64,000 nucleotides of DNA from Nitrosopumilus sp. (GCA_965197525.1 OZ240211.1:1856001-1920000); one strand, 5' to 3'; shown: positions 11,301 through 19,822, counted from the stretch's first letter. A program made the numbers and translations. Notes: generated by a model not told the origin, from the letters alone.

Positions 11301-14300
11301 TGACTGACCTGACAACGACTGGCTCTGATGAGACCTACACGGTAACAGACAATAACTCATTTCTGACTACGTGGGAGACTACTGCGGCCAACCCCGCAGT
11401 AAGTATACCTGTAGAGGTACATTCAGGAGAAACCTTTACCATAGATTGGGGTGATGGTACCCCAACTGCCACGGTCAACTCTAACGGCACACAGTCACAT
11501 ACATACGCTACAGCTGGTTCTTATCGTGTCACCATGACTGGTGATCTGTCACGGATAAATCTTGGCGGTTCTGGCTCTACACCTACACTACTTGACTCAA
11601 TTAACCAATGGGGTGACATCCAGTGGTCTACCATGAATAGTGCATTCCGTGGTGCCAGTGATATGACATACAACGCAGCTGATACACCGGATCTATCACA
11701 GGTTACTGACATGTCTGACATGTTCAGACTTGCCACCGCATTTAACGGGGATATCTCTGACTGGGACGTCTCGTCAGTTACTGACATGTCCTCCCTGTTC
11801 TCTGGTGCCAACGCATTTAACAAAAGCCTCGTTGACTGGGACGTCTCGTCAGTTACTGACATGTCCAACATGTTCTACTTTGCCCGCGCATTTAACGGGG
11901 ATATCTCTGGCTGGAACACCTCGTCAGTTACTGACATGTCTCAAATGTTCGATTCTGCCGACACATTTAACGGAGACATCTCTGGCTGGAACACCTCGTC
12001 AGTTACCAACATGTCTGGCATGTTTGACTTTGCCGAAAAATTTAACAGAGACATCTCTGGCTGGGATGTCTCCTCAGTTACCAACATGGACGACATGTTC
12101 GACCATGCAGATGACTTTGACCAAAACTTGGGTCCATGGTACATTACACCGGATTCTGTAGACTTTTCTTATGTTGATTCCCTCAATGTCACTGATATAA
12201 CTCCACAGAATGACGCACTTGCAGGACACAACCCGGTATACGACATCGGAACGGGCGGCAACTTTACCCTCTTTGAGATAGTGTCCGGTTCTGACACCCT
12301 GGCATTCAAGGCAACACCAACCAGTACAGGTGTATATGATGTCAGCGTGACTGCCTCTGACGGCACAGTTTTTGAGGATGGTAATAATCACCGCGTCATC
12401 CGGGTAACTGTATCTGACATTCTGATAGACAGTACGCCACCTCGTGTTGCCTCCATACTGCGTGATACTCCTAGCGTTCCATCCACACCTCTTACCACAC
12501 TAGTGTTTAATGTCACATTTAATGAACCAGTAATCAACGTGGATGCTGCTGACTTTGCAGTAACAGGCACCGGTACAGGTACAGTAACTGACGTATCAGG
12601 TGATGGTACATCATACCTGGTAACAGTCACAGTAGATAATGTTGGAATAATCGGCTTGGATATCGCATCAGGACACGACATACAGGATGCTGCAAACAAC
12701 CCTTTGGACAACCCGACACCGACTGGCTCTGATGAGACCTACACGGTAACAGACAGTACTCCGCCCCGTGTTACATCCATACTGCGTGATACTCCTAGCG
12801 TTGCATCCACAACTGCTACCACCTTGGTGTTTAATGTCACATTTAACGAACCAGTTATCAATGTGGGCGTTGCTGACTTTGATGTAGCAGGCAACGGTAC
12901 AGGTTCAATATCTAACGTATCAGGTTCTGGTGCGTCATACACCGTAACAGTCACAGTAACCGGTGCTGGAACCATAGGATTGGATATCGCATCAGGACAC
13001 GACATACAGGATGCTGCAAACAACCCTTTGGCCAACCTGACACCGACTGGTTCTGATGAGACCTACACGGTAACAGAGACTACGGTACCAGACAGTACTC
13101 CGCCCCGTGTTACATCCATACTGCGTGATACTCCTAGCGTTGCATCCACAACTGCTACCACCCTGGTGTTTGCTGTCACGTTTGATGAGCCGGTAACCAA
13201 CGTTGATGCTGCTGACTTTACGGTAACAGGCACTGGCACCGGCACAATATCTGGCGTATCAGGTTCCGGTGCATCATACCGGGTAATAGTCACAGTAGAT
13301 AATGTTGGAATAATCGGCTTGGATATCGCATCAGGACACGACATACAGGATGCTGCAAACAACCCTTTGGACAACCCGACACCGACTGGCTCTGATGAGA
13401 CCTACACGGTAGCAGAGACTACGGCACCAGACAGTACTCCACCACATGTTGTCTCCATACTGCGCAACACCCCTCTCGCTGAATCCACAACTGCTACCAC
13501 CCTGGTGTTTGCTGTCACGTTTGATGAGCCGGTAACCAACGTTGATGCTGCTGACTTTACAGTAACAGGCACCGGCACAGGTACAATATCTGGAGTAACA
13601 GGCACCGATACGTCATACACCGTAACAGTTACAGTAACTGATGTTGGAACCATCGGCTTGGATATTGTATTAAACCACGACATCAAGGATACTACAAACA
13701 ACGATCTGACCGACCTAGCACCTACCGACAATGATGAGACCTACACAGTCACGGTAACAGACAATACTCCGCCCCATGTTGCCTCCATACTGCGCAACAC
13801 CCCTCTCGCTGAATCCACAACTGCTACCACCCTAGTGTTTGCTGTCACGTTTGATGAATCAGTCATCAATGTGAATGATACTGCTGACTTTACAGTAACA
13901 GGCACCGGCACAGGTACAATATCTGGCGTATCAGGTTCAGGTGCATCATACCGGGTAACAGTCACAGTAACCGCTAGTGGAACCATAGGATTGGATATCG
14001 CATCCGGACACGACATCAAGGATACTGCAGACAACGATCTGACTGACACTACAGTGGTAGGCTCTAATGAGACCTACATAGTCAACCAGCTACCCGTACT
14101 GAATAATATCCCATCACAGACTGGAGATGAGCTTACACCCCTCACGTTCACTGCTGAAGCAACTGATCGTGATAACGATCCCCTGACATACTCCCTTATC
14201 GGGACGATACCTGACGGTGCCACGATGGATACTAATACTGGAGTGTTCTCATGGACGCCAACTGAGACGCAGGATGGCATCCACACCGTAACCGTACAGG

Positions 14301-15730
14301 TCTCTGACGGTAACGGCGGCGGCGGCACTGACTTGCAGGACGTCACGATAACTGTAACTGAGGTAAATCAGAATCCTGTACTTGATTCAATAGGTGGACA
14401 GACCATAGATGAGACAGACACACTCAAGTTTGATGCAACAGCCAGGGACGACGACATATACCAAGGCTCTCCTAACTCCCTGACATTCTCACTTGGTGAC
14501 GGGGCAGACAGACCACGCGGTGCATCAATCACCCGTGACGGCTCGTTCTCTTGGAGGCCTGACCAGTCCCAGGACGGCGTATACTCTATTAATGTGACTG
14601 TCTCTGACGGCCGGGGCGGCACCGCATCCGAACTGGTATCAGTTACAATAAATGACATAGCTCCGCGTCTTGTATCGGTACGGGGATCTGACTCTTCTAT
14701 AACGTTGACATTCTCTGAGCCAGTTAACACCCGCGGAACAGGCTCCGGCGGATTTACAGTATCTTCTTCTTCTTCTTCTGGTAATACAGTCACAGTGGAA
14801 TCCATCACCGGAAGTGGCACCGACACCCTTACGTTACTACTTGATGGTCCACTGTCTCGTGGGGACACGCTCTCATACGACAGTAGCACAGGCGATATTG
14901 TAGACGAGTTCAACAAAGATTTGGAATCATTTGTTGATGCTGCCATACTGCTCAAGTCCAAAAAGTCAGGTACCGCACCACCGTCTGTGGATACACTTGA
15001 GATAAACGGCCAGAGTTACAATGCTCAAAACAGGGTAAACCATAATGCCACGCCGCTGGAGGTTGCAGTAGATCAACCCATATCCATAAGTTTTACGGCA
15101 CACGACAGACTTGACATACTCTACTTTGCAGTATACCTGAACCTTCAAGATGACGACATGTCATACACGAACAGTGATACGTACGTGGAATACAACAGAG
15201 GTCAAACAAATATCACTGATCCTCAAGACTTGCTGTCAGATGCCTCTCTCACCGTGTCAACTGACCCTGATGATTCCACTGAGAAGACAGTCACACTTGA
15301 TATCACGTTTGCAGAGCCAATAGGGAATACCAACATGGTAATCAGGACTTGGAATGCAGACAACGAGTCTTCAATCGTCATAATCGTTGATGCACTAAAT
15401 GTCATACCCATGGAGGTGGATCCAGAGCCACAAGTAACAGAGGTGGACCCAGAGCCACAGTTACCGGCAGTACCTAATCCAGAACCTGAGACTGAGACTT
15501 TTGCTGATGACTTTGACTATGACCGTGCATTGTTTGTACTGCGCATGTGGTCTGGATTTGAATCTGAGATAGCAGATGACAATCAACTGTTAACTGTCAT
15601 GGGCCTGACTCACATGGGAACAGACATACCTGCCTGGGTCATGACTGATCTTGCACCACTAGTGGTAAAAGAACTGATAACCCTAGACGAGTTTAGAGTT
15701 GCATTAGAGTACGTGATGGGAAATACCTGA
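5369..15730 (+). CDS. Giant (3453 aa) modular surface protein: signal/TM, LVIVD-like propeller, Ig/PKD, second propeller, three DUF285/BspA cassettes, 7 Ig-like repeats, cadherin/putative-Ig domains, thaumarchaeal C-terminal domain
   Basis: RKRR + hydrophobic TLAITALALVMAAGLL; 7x VQILNITNP-type repeats; 5x FSSDGTKMFV; WxVSxVTxMxxMF 25-aa repeats; TPPRVxSILRDTP repeats; C-terminal IPAWVMTDLAPLVVKELITLDEF. Start codon uncertain. Confidence 0.9.
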   Translation: MGGGGLRKRRDGRTLAITALALVMAAGLLITQPGSWTGAPLDVDTAVLNAWPPSGDAVFAWLLSEYAFAQSVNVAPTLTPAGHINTTSPGSSLLDTPQSIAVFESGNNRYAAVKAVHGVQILNITNPDNITATDSIADGGSRVLFGSGYVDVYMSGNNHYAAVAARTDDGVSIFDITNPASITLVGQIKDNTSIRLEGPRGIDVYESGSSRYVIVATDEEDGVQILNITNPASITAAGNIAEDDDLELANPYGVEVYKSNDNIYAIVAGNSDDGVQILNITNPASITATDNLEKSGTTQLDGARDVAIFESGNSIYAAVTASNDHAVQILDITDPANIIEADSIRDTTNLRSAWGIDIFESGDSRYAVVAASSSHRVHILNITNPDSITKAGSIVDTNDLILETPIGIAVFESGGSLYTAVVSQAENGVQIIGLGVMSAEMVVPPIPPTNTPPTVTTGPDLLVTKGLSVHLTGASAADVDSDDVLSYSWSQNPTGTVTFDDATSLNPTVTAPLSGTATSVALTLSVNDGTNDAVTDTMTLTIQDPPPSFVSSILNSTSGALAITFSEDIDVTPATNVVPAKIHIRESGNYTGGGITLNAAELDTTVDGTTISFALNASRLATVVALTVPELTIEPGAVQDTSGTLIDGTFDVSTAVFVDATSISAKEDAPRGLAFSSDGTKMFVVGYQNAEVHKYTLSTAFDASTRSFVDSFTGLISDEQQPQDVTFSNDGTRMFVLGNENDEIHEYTLSTAFDSRNAVRASATSISEESNPLGMAFSSDGTKMFVIGNSGMDVNEYALSTAFNTTTAVFVDDTSISGQDPVPTGMAFSSDGTKMFVIGNQNDAVNEYALTTTFDASTLTFVHAADVSQEELGPQDVAFSSDGAKMFVIGSAGDDVNEYTLSSVYPITVISAADAFITTWQTTLANQPIKIPVEVHSGKDFIIDWGDGNTTTVTANGIQSHTYATADTYRVTMTGDLSRINLGGSGSTPALLHSINQWGDIKWSSMNGAFGGATTMTHNATDTPDLSQVTDMSHMFNDAHAFNGDISTWNTSSVTNMSHMFNDASEFNRNLSTWNTSSVTNMSYMFTSANDFNGDLSTWNTSSVTNMRDMFSFAAVFNGDISGWDTSSITSMSHMFDGAAAFTGDLSGWNVSQVITMSYMFSDAQSFNGDLSEWDVSQVQSMQNMFSDAQSFNGDLSEWDVSKVKYMDFMFRGAFGFDSDISEWNVSQVTTMSHMFSSAFAFDSDISEWNISKVTDMENMFYFATSFDQNLGPWYIVLDNDFIDLRDADTTTIGVISPQNSALAGQNGAYGIGQNHDSDMFEINGTSLDIKADADYTAKTDYTINITSTHPYGTDNHHLVDVTVTESVDPATTFVTTWQTTSAGESITIPVGDATGNYTVHWGDDSTSTHITDADHTYTQAGSHTVSISGDFTRIHLFDDANNAGKLASIDQWGDISWTTMQDAFRGASNMAYNADDAPNLSGATSMHSMFRDTSFSADLSTWNVSSVTDTSRMFQSSSFNGDLSGWNVSQVQSMRSMFSDASSFNQPLDTWNVSSVTNMAYMFYDAGSFNQDLDTWTVSSVETMEYMFGSSSTFNSVFNGDISTWNVSSVTNMEFMFNHASSFNQPLDTWNVSQVQSMRSMFSGASSFNQPLDTWNVSSVTNMSNMFYNAANFDQNLGPWYITPDSVDFPYVDSLNVTDITPQNNVLAGHNPVYDIVAGGNFTLFEIVSGSDTLAFKATPTSNGLHQVNVTATGGSVFESGNNYHIMQITVSDILTDNTPPRVASILRDTPSVASTPLTTLVFNVTFNEPVTNVNDDDFTVTGTGTGTISGVSGSGTSYQVTVTVAAVGTIGLDIASGHNIQDAANNGLTDLTTTGSDETYTVTDSTPPRVTSILRDTPSVASTSATTLVFAVTFDEPVINVSNADFAVTGTGTGTISGVSGSGTSYQVTVTVAAVGTIGLDIASGHNIQDAANNGLTDLTTTGSDETYTVTDNNSFLTTWETTAANPAVSIPVEVHSGETFTIDWGDGTPTATVNSNGTQSHTYATAGSYRVTMTGDLSRINLGGSGSTPTLLDSINQWGDIQWSTMNSAFRGASDMTYNAADTPDLSQVTDMSDMFRLATAFNGDISDWDVSSVTDMSSLFSGANAFNKSLVDWDVSSVTDMSNMFYFARAFNGDISGWNTSSVTDMSQMFDSADTFNGDISGWNTSSVTNMSGMFDFAEKFNRDISGWDVSSVTNMDDMFDHADDFDQNLGPWYITPDSVDFSYVDSLNVTDITPQNDALAGHNPVYDIGTGGNFTLFEIVSGSDTLAFKATPTSTGVYDVSVTASDGTVFEDGNNHRVIRVTVSDILIDSTPPRVASILRDTPSVPSTPLTTLVFNVTFNEPVINVDAADFAVTGTGTGTVTDVSGDGTSYLVTVTVDNVGIIGLDIASGHDIQDAANNPLDNPTPTGSDETYTVTDSTPPRVTSILRDTPSVASTTATTLVFNVTFNEPVINVGVADFDVAGNGTGSISNVSGSGASYTVTVTVTGAGTIGLDIASGHDIQDAANNPLANLTPTGSDETYTVTETTVPDSTPPRVTSILRDTPSVASTTATTLVFAVTFDEPVTNVDAADFTVTGTGTGTISGVSGSGASYRVIVTVDNVGIIGLDIASGHDIQDAANNPLDNPTPTGSDETYTVAETTAPDSTPPHVVSILRNTPLAESTTATTLVFAVTFDEPVTNVDAADFTVTGTGTGTISGVTGTDTSYTVTVTVTDVGTIGLDIVLNHDIKDTTNNDLTDLAPTDNDETYTVTVTDNTPPHVASILRNTPLAESTTATTLVFAVTFDESVINVNDTADFTVTGTGTGTISGVSGSGASYRVTVTVTASGTIGLDIASGHDIKDTADNDLTDTTVVGSNETYIVNQLPVLNNIPSQTGDELTPLTFTAEATDRDNDPLTYSLIGTIPDGATMDTNTGVFSWTPTETQDGIHTVTVQVSDGNGGGGTDLQDVTITVTEVNQNPVLDSIGGQTIDETDTLKFDATARDDDIYQGSPNSLTFSLGDGADRPRGASITRDGSFSWRPDQSQDGVYSINVTVSDGRGGTASELVSVTINDIAPRLVSVRGSDSSITLTFSEPVNTRGTGSGGFTVSSSSSSGNTVTVESITGSGTDTLTLLLDGPLSRGDTLSYDSSTGDIVDEFNKDLESFVDAAILLKSKKSGTAPPSVDTLEINGQSYNAQNRVNHNATPLEVAVDQPISISFTAHDRLDILYFAVYLNLQDDDMSYTNSDTYVEYNRGQTNITDPQDLLSDASLTVSTDPDDSTEKTVTLDITFAEPIGNTNMVIRTWNADNESSIVIIVDALNVIPMEVDPEPQVTEVDPEPQLPAVPNPEPETETFADDFDYDRALFVLRMWSGFESEIADDNQLLTVMGLTHMGTDIPAWVMTDLAPLVVKELITLDEFRVALEYVMGNT
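5371..5382 (+). promoter_or_regulatory. G12 homopolymer at the 5' end of the giant surface-protein gene (candidate phase-variation tract)
   Basis: 12 consecutive G between candidate start codons (5205, 5353, 5369; three different frames) and the signal-peptide coding sequence. Confidence 0.6.
5640..6665 (+). repeat. Seven LVIVD-like repeats (about 52 aa), probable beta-propeller
   Basis: Recurring GGCGTCCAGATACTGAACATCACAAACCCTG / VQILNITNP. Boundaries approximate. Confidence 0.75.
8410..9190 (+). repeat. DUF285 cassette 1: nine 75-bp repeats plus FDQNLGPW cap
   Basis: FNGD(I/L)SxW(N/D)xSxVTxMxxMF with 25-aa period. Confidence 0.85.
9790..10410 (+). repeat. DUF285 cassette 2: seven repeats plus cap
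   Basis: FNQPLDTWNVSSVTNM-type units. Confidence 0.85.
10700..14080 (+). repeat. Seven Ig-like repeats of about 325 bp (2 before cassette 3, 5 after)
   Basis: DxTPP(R/H)VxSILR(D/N)TP...TLVFxVTFxEPV...TIGLDI; 10830-11027 is identical to 11154-11351. Confidence 0.85.
11660..12140 (+). repeat. DUF285 cassette 3: five repeats plus cap
   Basis: FNGDISGWNTSSVTDM-type units. Confidence 0.85.
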
Positions 15731-16033
15731 AGAAGCATCTAGTTTTTCAGATCGTATGCATGTGCAACAGACAGGTTGTACATATCCTTGCACTCAGTCA
15801 GTGTCTTATGTATCTTCTCGGAGATGGCGGAGTCCTAGCAAAAATCTAATTTGTATGTAAGTATCAACAAACAAGCATTCTCTTTAGATTCTAAAAAGAT
15901 TGTTAATGAGTCTAGTCTACTCAAGTATATAATCCCCTTGATTATCTTGCTTGATTGAATTACTTTTGCACTCGTCTGTACCTTATTTTTATCTGATGTT
16001 GAATCCAAACTACTTTCAAGTTAACTTGGTTGT

Positions 16034-16900
16034 TTACAGCTTGAATGATGCAAATTTTATTAGATTATACAAATTCGCCTTTGCATCGCTTTCTGGAATT
16101 TTTCTTAAACTGGTTTTTGCCTGCTCTGAATATTTCTTTAGCAATTCCTCCATCATGTTAAACACATCTCTTGGATCGGAACTTTTTTTGATTAGCAAGT
16201 TAAACAGCTTGTCTTCATTCTTCCAATCCAACAGGTCATCTCGAATCTGATACGCTATTCCTATATTCTTTCCATACTCTGTTAATGCTTCTATCTGTTC
16301 TTCATCTCCGTTTGCAATAATTGCTCCTATCCTTGCCGCTACTTCAAACGCAGTCGCTGTTTTATACTCGATTACTTTGAGATAGTCATCAAACGTTACA
16401 TCCTCACTGGTCTCTAACCTACTCTCAATCATCTCTCCTTCACTCATCATCATGGCAGTAGTTGCCAAGTCTTTTGTAATTCTGGCGTTGTCTAACTTTG
16501 ATGATATTGCAAGAATCAATCCTAAAACAAAATCTCCTGTAAGCACACTTGTGTTATAGCCATATTTTATATGAAAAGGATCTTTCTGTCTTCGCATTGT
16601 CTCATTATCAATGATATCGTCGTGAATAATTGACTCCATGTGCAAAAATTCGATGGCACACGATGCCGTTAGCGTGTTCTCATCCATCTTGCCGACACAT
16701 TCTGCTGCCAAATTCAAAATAACTGGTCTAATTCGCTTGCCGCCTTCAAGGGAGTATCTTAATGGCTCGATAAACTCTGACTCTGAATAAATAGCTAATT
16801 CGTTTTCCAGAGCTTGGTCGATCTTTTCAATATATCTTCCATATGATTCAAGTAAGGGATTTATCTCTACATTCTTTCTATCCAATATGACCCTCATCAA
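16034..16900 (-). CDS. Polyprenyl diphosphate synthase (GGPP synthase-like)
   Basis: GGKRIRP, HDDIID (FARM), YKTA, QIRDDLLD (SARM). Confidence 0.9.
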   Translation of the reverse strand: MMRVILDRKNVEINPLLESYGRYIEKIDQALENELAIYSESEFIEPLRYSLEGGKRIRPVILNLAAECVGKMDENTLTASCAIEFLHMESIIHDDIIDNETMRRQKDPFHIKYGYNTSVLTGDFVLGLILAISSKLDNARITKDLATTAMMMSEGEMIESRLETSEDVTFDDYLKVIEYKTATAFEVAARIGAIIANGDEEQIEALTEYGKNIGIAYQIRDDLLDWKNEDKLFNLLIKKSSDPRDVFNMMEELLKKYSEQAKTSLRKIPESDAKANLYNLIKFASFKL

Positions 16901-16995
16901 AAATTTTAATTGTTAGTAAATAAATCTTAGGCAGTATCTTCTGTAGATGCCAAAGATCTTGTATACAGTCTCTTTTGTTAATGGAGAAATCTAAG

Positions 16996-17086
16996 TGCTC
17001 CAGCCGGGATTTTCATCGTTTGATTTTGAACCCGGGATCACTGCCTTGAAAGGGCAGTATGCTTGACCGGTCTACACCACTGGAAC
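16996..17086 (-). tRNA. trnE: tRNA-Glu(TTC) with a 15-nt intron in the T-loop (59/60)
   Basis: GTTCCAG/CTGGAGC acceptor; CTGCC-CTTTCAA-GGCAG anticodon arm; 22-nt T-loop folds as a bulge-helix-bulge whose excision restores TTCAAAT. Confidence 0.92.
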
Positions 17087-17166
17087 CTATAAAAAATCTG
17101 TTCTTTGACCATAAAATCTTTTGTAACTCGCAAAGATTTTTTTAATGGTAGTATTGTTGATGAATC

Positions 17167-17805
17167 ATGAATATAATAAAAAAGATTGATGACATTATTG
17201 AAGAAAATAGTTTACTAAAACACAAGTTCTATCAGATGTGGTCTGACGGCAACCTGACTCTGGATTCTCTTGCAGGCTATTCCAAAGAATACTTTCAACT
17301 CGTCAAGGCAGTCCCTTCTTTTATGACCTGTATTATTGATGATTCATCTGATGAGTCTGTATTGCCAGAGTTAATCGCAAATCAGCAAGAGGAATTTGAT
17401 CACATCCGACCTTGGGTTGCATTTGCAGATCAATTAGGAGTGTCAGAAGCCGATCTAACATCGTATCCTGGTTCTGATAAAACGTGTCAAGCAGTATCTG
17501 ATCTGAATAATTTGATGGATACTTTTGATGGCGGTTCTTGTGCAATGTATGCATTTGAAAAAGAAATTCCTAAACTCAGCCAAACCAAACTTGACGGATT
17601 GGCAAAATTCTATGGAATTACAAGCGATGCTGCAACAGAATACTTCAAGCTTCACACAGAGGCTGACATTAGACATGCTGCATCATGGAAAAAGATACTT
17701 GAAGGATCGTCTCTTGGTTCTGACCGACTACTAGACATTACAGAGCGTTCCGTTGCTGCACAAAACCTGCTGCTAGATAGTTGTTACGAGCAGTATTGCA
17801 GCTAA
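17167..17805 (+). CDS. CADD/CT610-like heme-oxygenase-like diiron protein (TenA/PqqC superfamily), candidate pABA synthase
   Basis: HKFYQMW, EEFDHIRPW, YAFEKEIP, QTKLDGL, EYFKLHTEADIRH align with the CADD metal ligands. Confidence 0.75.
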   Translation: MNIIKKIDDIIEENSLLKHKFYQMWSDGNLTLDSLAGYSKEYFQLVKAVPSFMTCIIDDSSDESVLPELIANQQEEFDHIRPWVAFADQLGVSEADLTSYPGSDKTCQAVSDLNNLMDTFDGGSCAMYAFEKEIPKLSQTKLDGLAKFYGITSDAATEYFKLHTEADIRHAASWKKILEGSSLGSDRLLDITERSVAAQNLLLDSCYEQYCS

Positions 17806-17847
17806 ACTAGCAACGTTTTTTATCTGAGAAAAATTTCATCTGCATGG

Positions 17848-17921
17848 GGGCCCGTAACTCAGCTTGGTAGAGTAACCGGCTCATAACCGGTGAGCCAAGG
17901 GATCGAAGCCCTTCGGGCCCA
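17848..17921 (+). tRNA. tRNA with CAT anticodon, probably tRNA-Ile2 (agmatidine-modified) rather than Met
   Basis: GGGCCCG/CGGGCCC acceptor, ACCGG-CTCATAA-CCGGT, AAGGG/CCCTT T-stem, A73; acceptor pattern matches archaeal Ile2 and lacks initiator A1:U72. Confidence 0.85.
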
Positions 17922-18191
17922 TTATTTCCAATGTGCGGAGCCGCAAAAATTACGGTAGGCAAGACAACTAAAGTAAGACTATTCTTTGACTATGGCATCG
18001 CTTGAGTGATCATTGTTGTATCTGGAATCATTCACATACGAGTTTTCAAAGACATCAAAGAGAATCAACGTTTTATCAGGACATCATAATAAAAAACAAC
18101 GTGTGCCTTTATCTCATATTTGCATGCTCTAATTGCAAAATACATTTTTTGTGCATGATGATACGATGATATAATTTGTTAGAGTCCTGAG

Positions 18192-18467
18192 ATGGATGAT
18201 AATTGTAAGACAGATGGTATGAATCAACACAGACGTATAATTCTAGATGACATGCCCAAAAAAACGTCTTTGGCCTTGAGTAAAAAACTATTTGTTACCT
18301 ATGATGTAATGTATGGCATGCAATCACTAAAATCCTTTGCCGATCAAACTATCAAGAAAGGCAGAGAAGATATCAAGAATTTTGATGAATTCAAAAAAAT
18401 ACTGGATATTCTAGGCGCAAATGAAAAACCAACATATCTAAAATATAAAACCCATTCCAACACATGA
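18192..18467 (+). CDS. Hypothetical protein (91 aa) in the tRNA-adjacent islet
   Basis: ORF only. Confidence 0.35.
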   Translation: MDDNCKTDGMNQHRRIILDDMPKKTSLALSKKLFVTYDVMYGMQSLKSFADQTIKKGREDIKNFDEFKKILDILGANEKPTYLKYKTHSNT

Positions 18468-18597
18468 GCGATATTACAGCAGATTCAATCTTTACAAATA
18501 TTCGAAATGAGGACAAACATGAAAAATGCAAGCATCTGATTAAATCCATAGAAGATAAGATGGGAGGAAAGATAAATGCTATTTTGGTAAACGGCTT

Positions 18598-18726
18598 GTA
18601 CATCTGGACATACACCACATACTTGCACGGGTAAGGCATCCGAAGACAAACGACAAACTGGAATGGCTGTACGAGGAGATCGAGCGTCACCTGTACAAGT
18701 TTGAAGACGAATCTGCAGAAAGGTGA
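18598..18726 (+). pseudogene. Relic of an integrase-core (rve; IS481/IS3-like) transposase C-terminus
   Basis: In-frame LDIHHILARVRHPKTNDKLEWLYEEIERHL resembles HILARxxHPQTNGKLER. Confidence 0.6.
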
Positions 18727-18825
18727 GGAATATGATGTTCAGTCGAGATGTATACTCCTTTCAGGATCCTACGTCCTCATACGTATATTAGAAACTAATA
18801 TACTGTAGATACTCTAACACATGCC

Positions 18826-19302
18826 ATGGACAAGACACTCCCGGCGTTTATTGAGTTTTTAGAACGTCATGATTTGGTAGCGTTTGATATTGATGGAGAG
18901 AGCGAGGATCAGTTTAACAACAGACTTAAGATACAAAAATACGTGTTTCTATCAAAGAAATTCGGCATGCCGTTTACTTATACATTTAACATGTACATGT
19001 ATGGTCCATACTCTCCTTCCCTCACAACAGACTATTACGAATTAGCAAAAGACAACGATGCAAAAATAAGTAACTCTATGGCGCTACCTGTAGAGTTCAG
19101 ACAAGATGAGTTTCTGACATCTTTGAAAAACGACCCCCAATGGCTTGAGATTGCAACCACGCTGATAGATCGAAATCATGTAATTCACAGTCGTGACACT
19201 TTGGTAAACAGGGTCTACCACATAAAATCTCATTTCAATCTACAATTCATACATTCCGTATTGGACGATCTTGTAAAACATAACTTAGTCAAGACATCGT
19301 AG
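18826..19302 (+). CDS. YwgA/SocA (Panacea, DUF4065)-like antitoxin-fold protein
   Basis: RLKIQKYVFL...YTFNMYMYGPYSPSL matches the LQK...YGP pattern. Confidence 0.6.
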   Translation: MDKTLPAFIEFLERHDLVAFDIDGESEDQFNNRLKIQKYVFLSKKFGMPFTYTFNMYMYGPYSPSLTTDYYELAKDNDAKISNSMALPVEFRQDEFLTSLKNDPQWLEIATTLIDRNHVIHSRDTLVNRVYHIKSHFNLQFIHSVLDDLVKHNLVKTS

Positions 19303-19303
19303 A

Positions 19304-19774
19304 TTATATGCTATCTTGTATGATCATCTCCACGCTACGTTTATCGTTATCTCTCAACTCTTTTTCAATGTCTTCAATTACCTGATTGCCAATTAATTTA
19401 GAATCACTTGTGAAAAAAAATTTAGAATTTGGATCGGCGAGCGCATGCGATACTATCATGGTGTCAGTTGGATCCAAATCCGTTTTTGACGATAATAGCG
19501 TCATTATATCAAAAGCCTCCTTGGGTGGAGGTTTCATGTTATCACTACCTATACCATACTTGTCCATTTTACTGTATAATTTTCTTATAATCTCGGACGG
19601 ATCATTATTTTTTTTCGTTATTACTGCTATGGATTCACCTAGTACAATCTGAGATATGATAATGTGGTACGTGTTGTACCGAAGTCTCGATAAAAATTTG
19701 GTTATATCGTGCGACGGTTTCTTTGTTAATTCTATCAAATAAAACGAATCAAGGTATACTATGACAGATGGCAC
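19304..19774 (-). CDS. PIN-domain (VapC-like) nuclease
   Basis: VYLDSFYL, IVLGES, DPTDTMIVSHAL, FFTSD: the acidic PIN tetrad. Confidence 0.75.
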   Translation of the reverse strand: MPSVIVYLDSFYLIELTKKPSHDITKFLSRLRYNTYHIIISQIVLGESIAVITKKNNDPSEIIRKLYSKMDKYGIGSDNMKPPPKEAFDIMTLLSSKTDLDPTDTMIVSHALADPNSKFFFTSDSKLIGNQVIEDIEKELRDNDKRSVEMIIQDSI

Positions 19775-19822
19775 AATTCATGCATGTCTTTCTACCATAT
19801 CATTGTATGGATGTAGACGCAA

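Noticed and set aside
5820-15411. Many 60-250 aa alternative-frame and antisense ORFs inside the giant gene
   Set aside because: Shadow ORFs produced by repetitive, biased codon usage; they repeat with the same period as the real protein.
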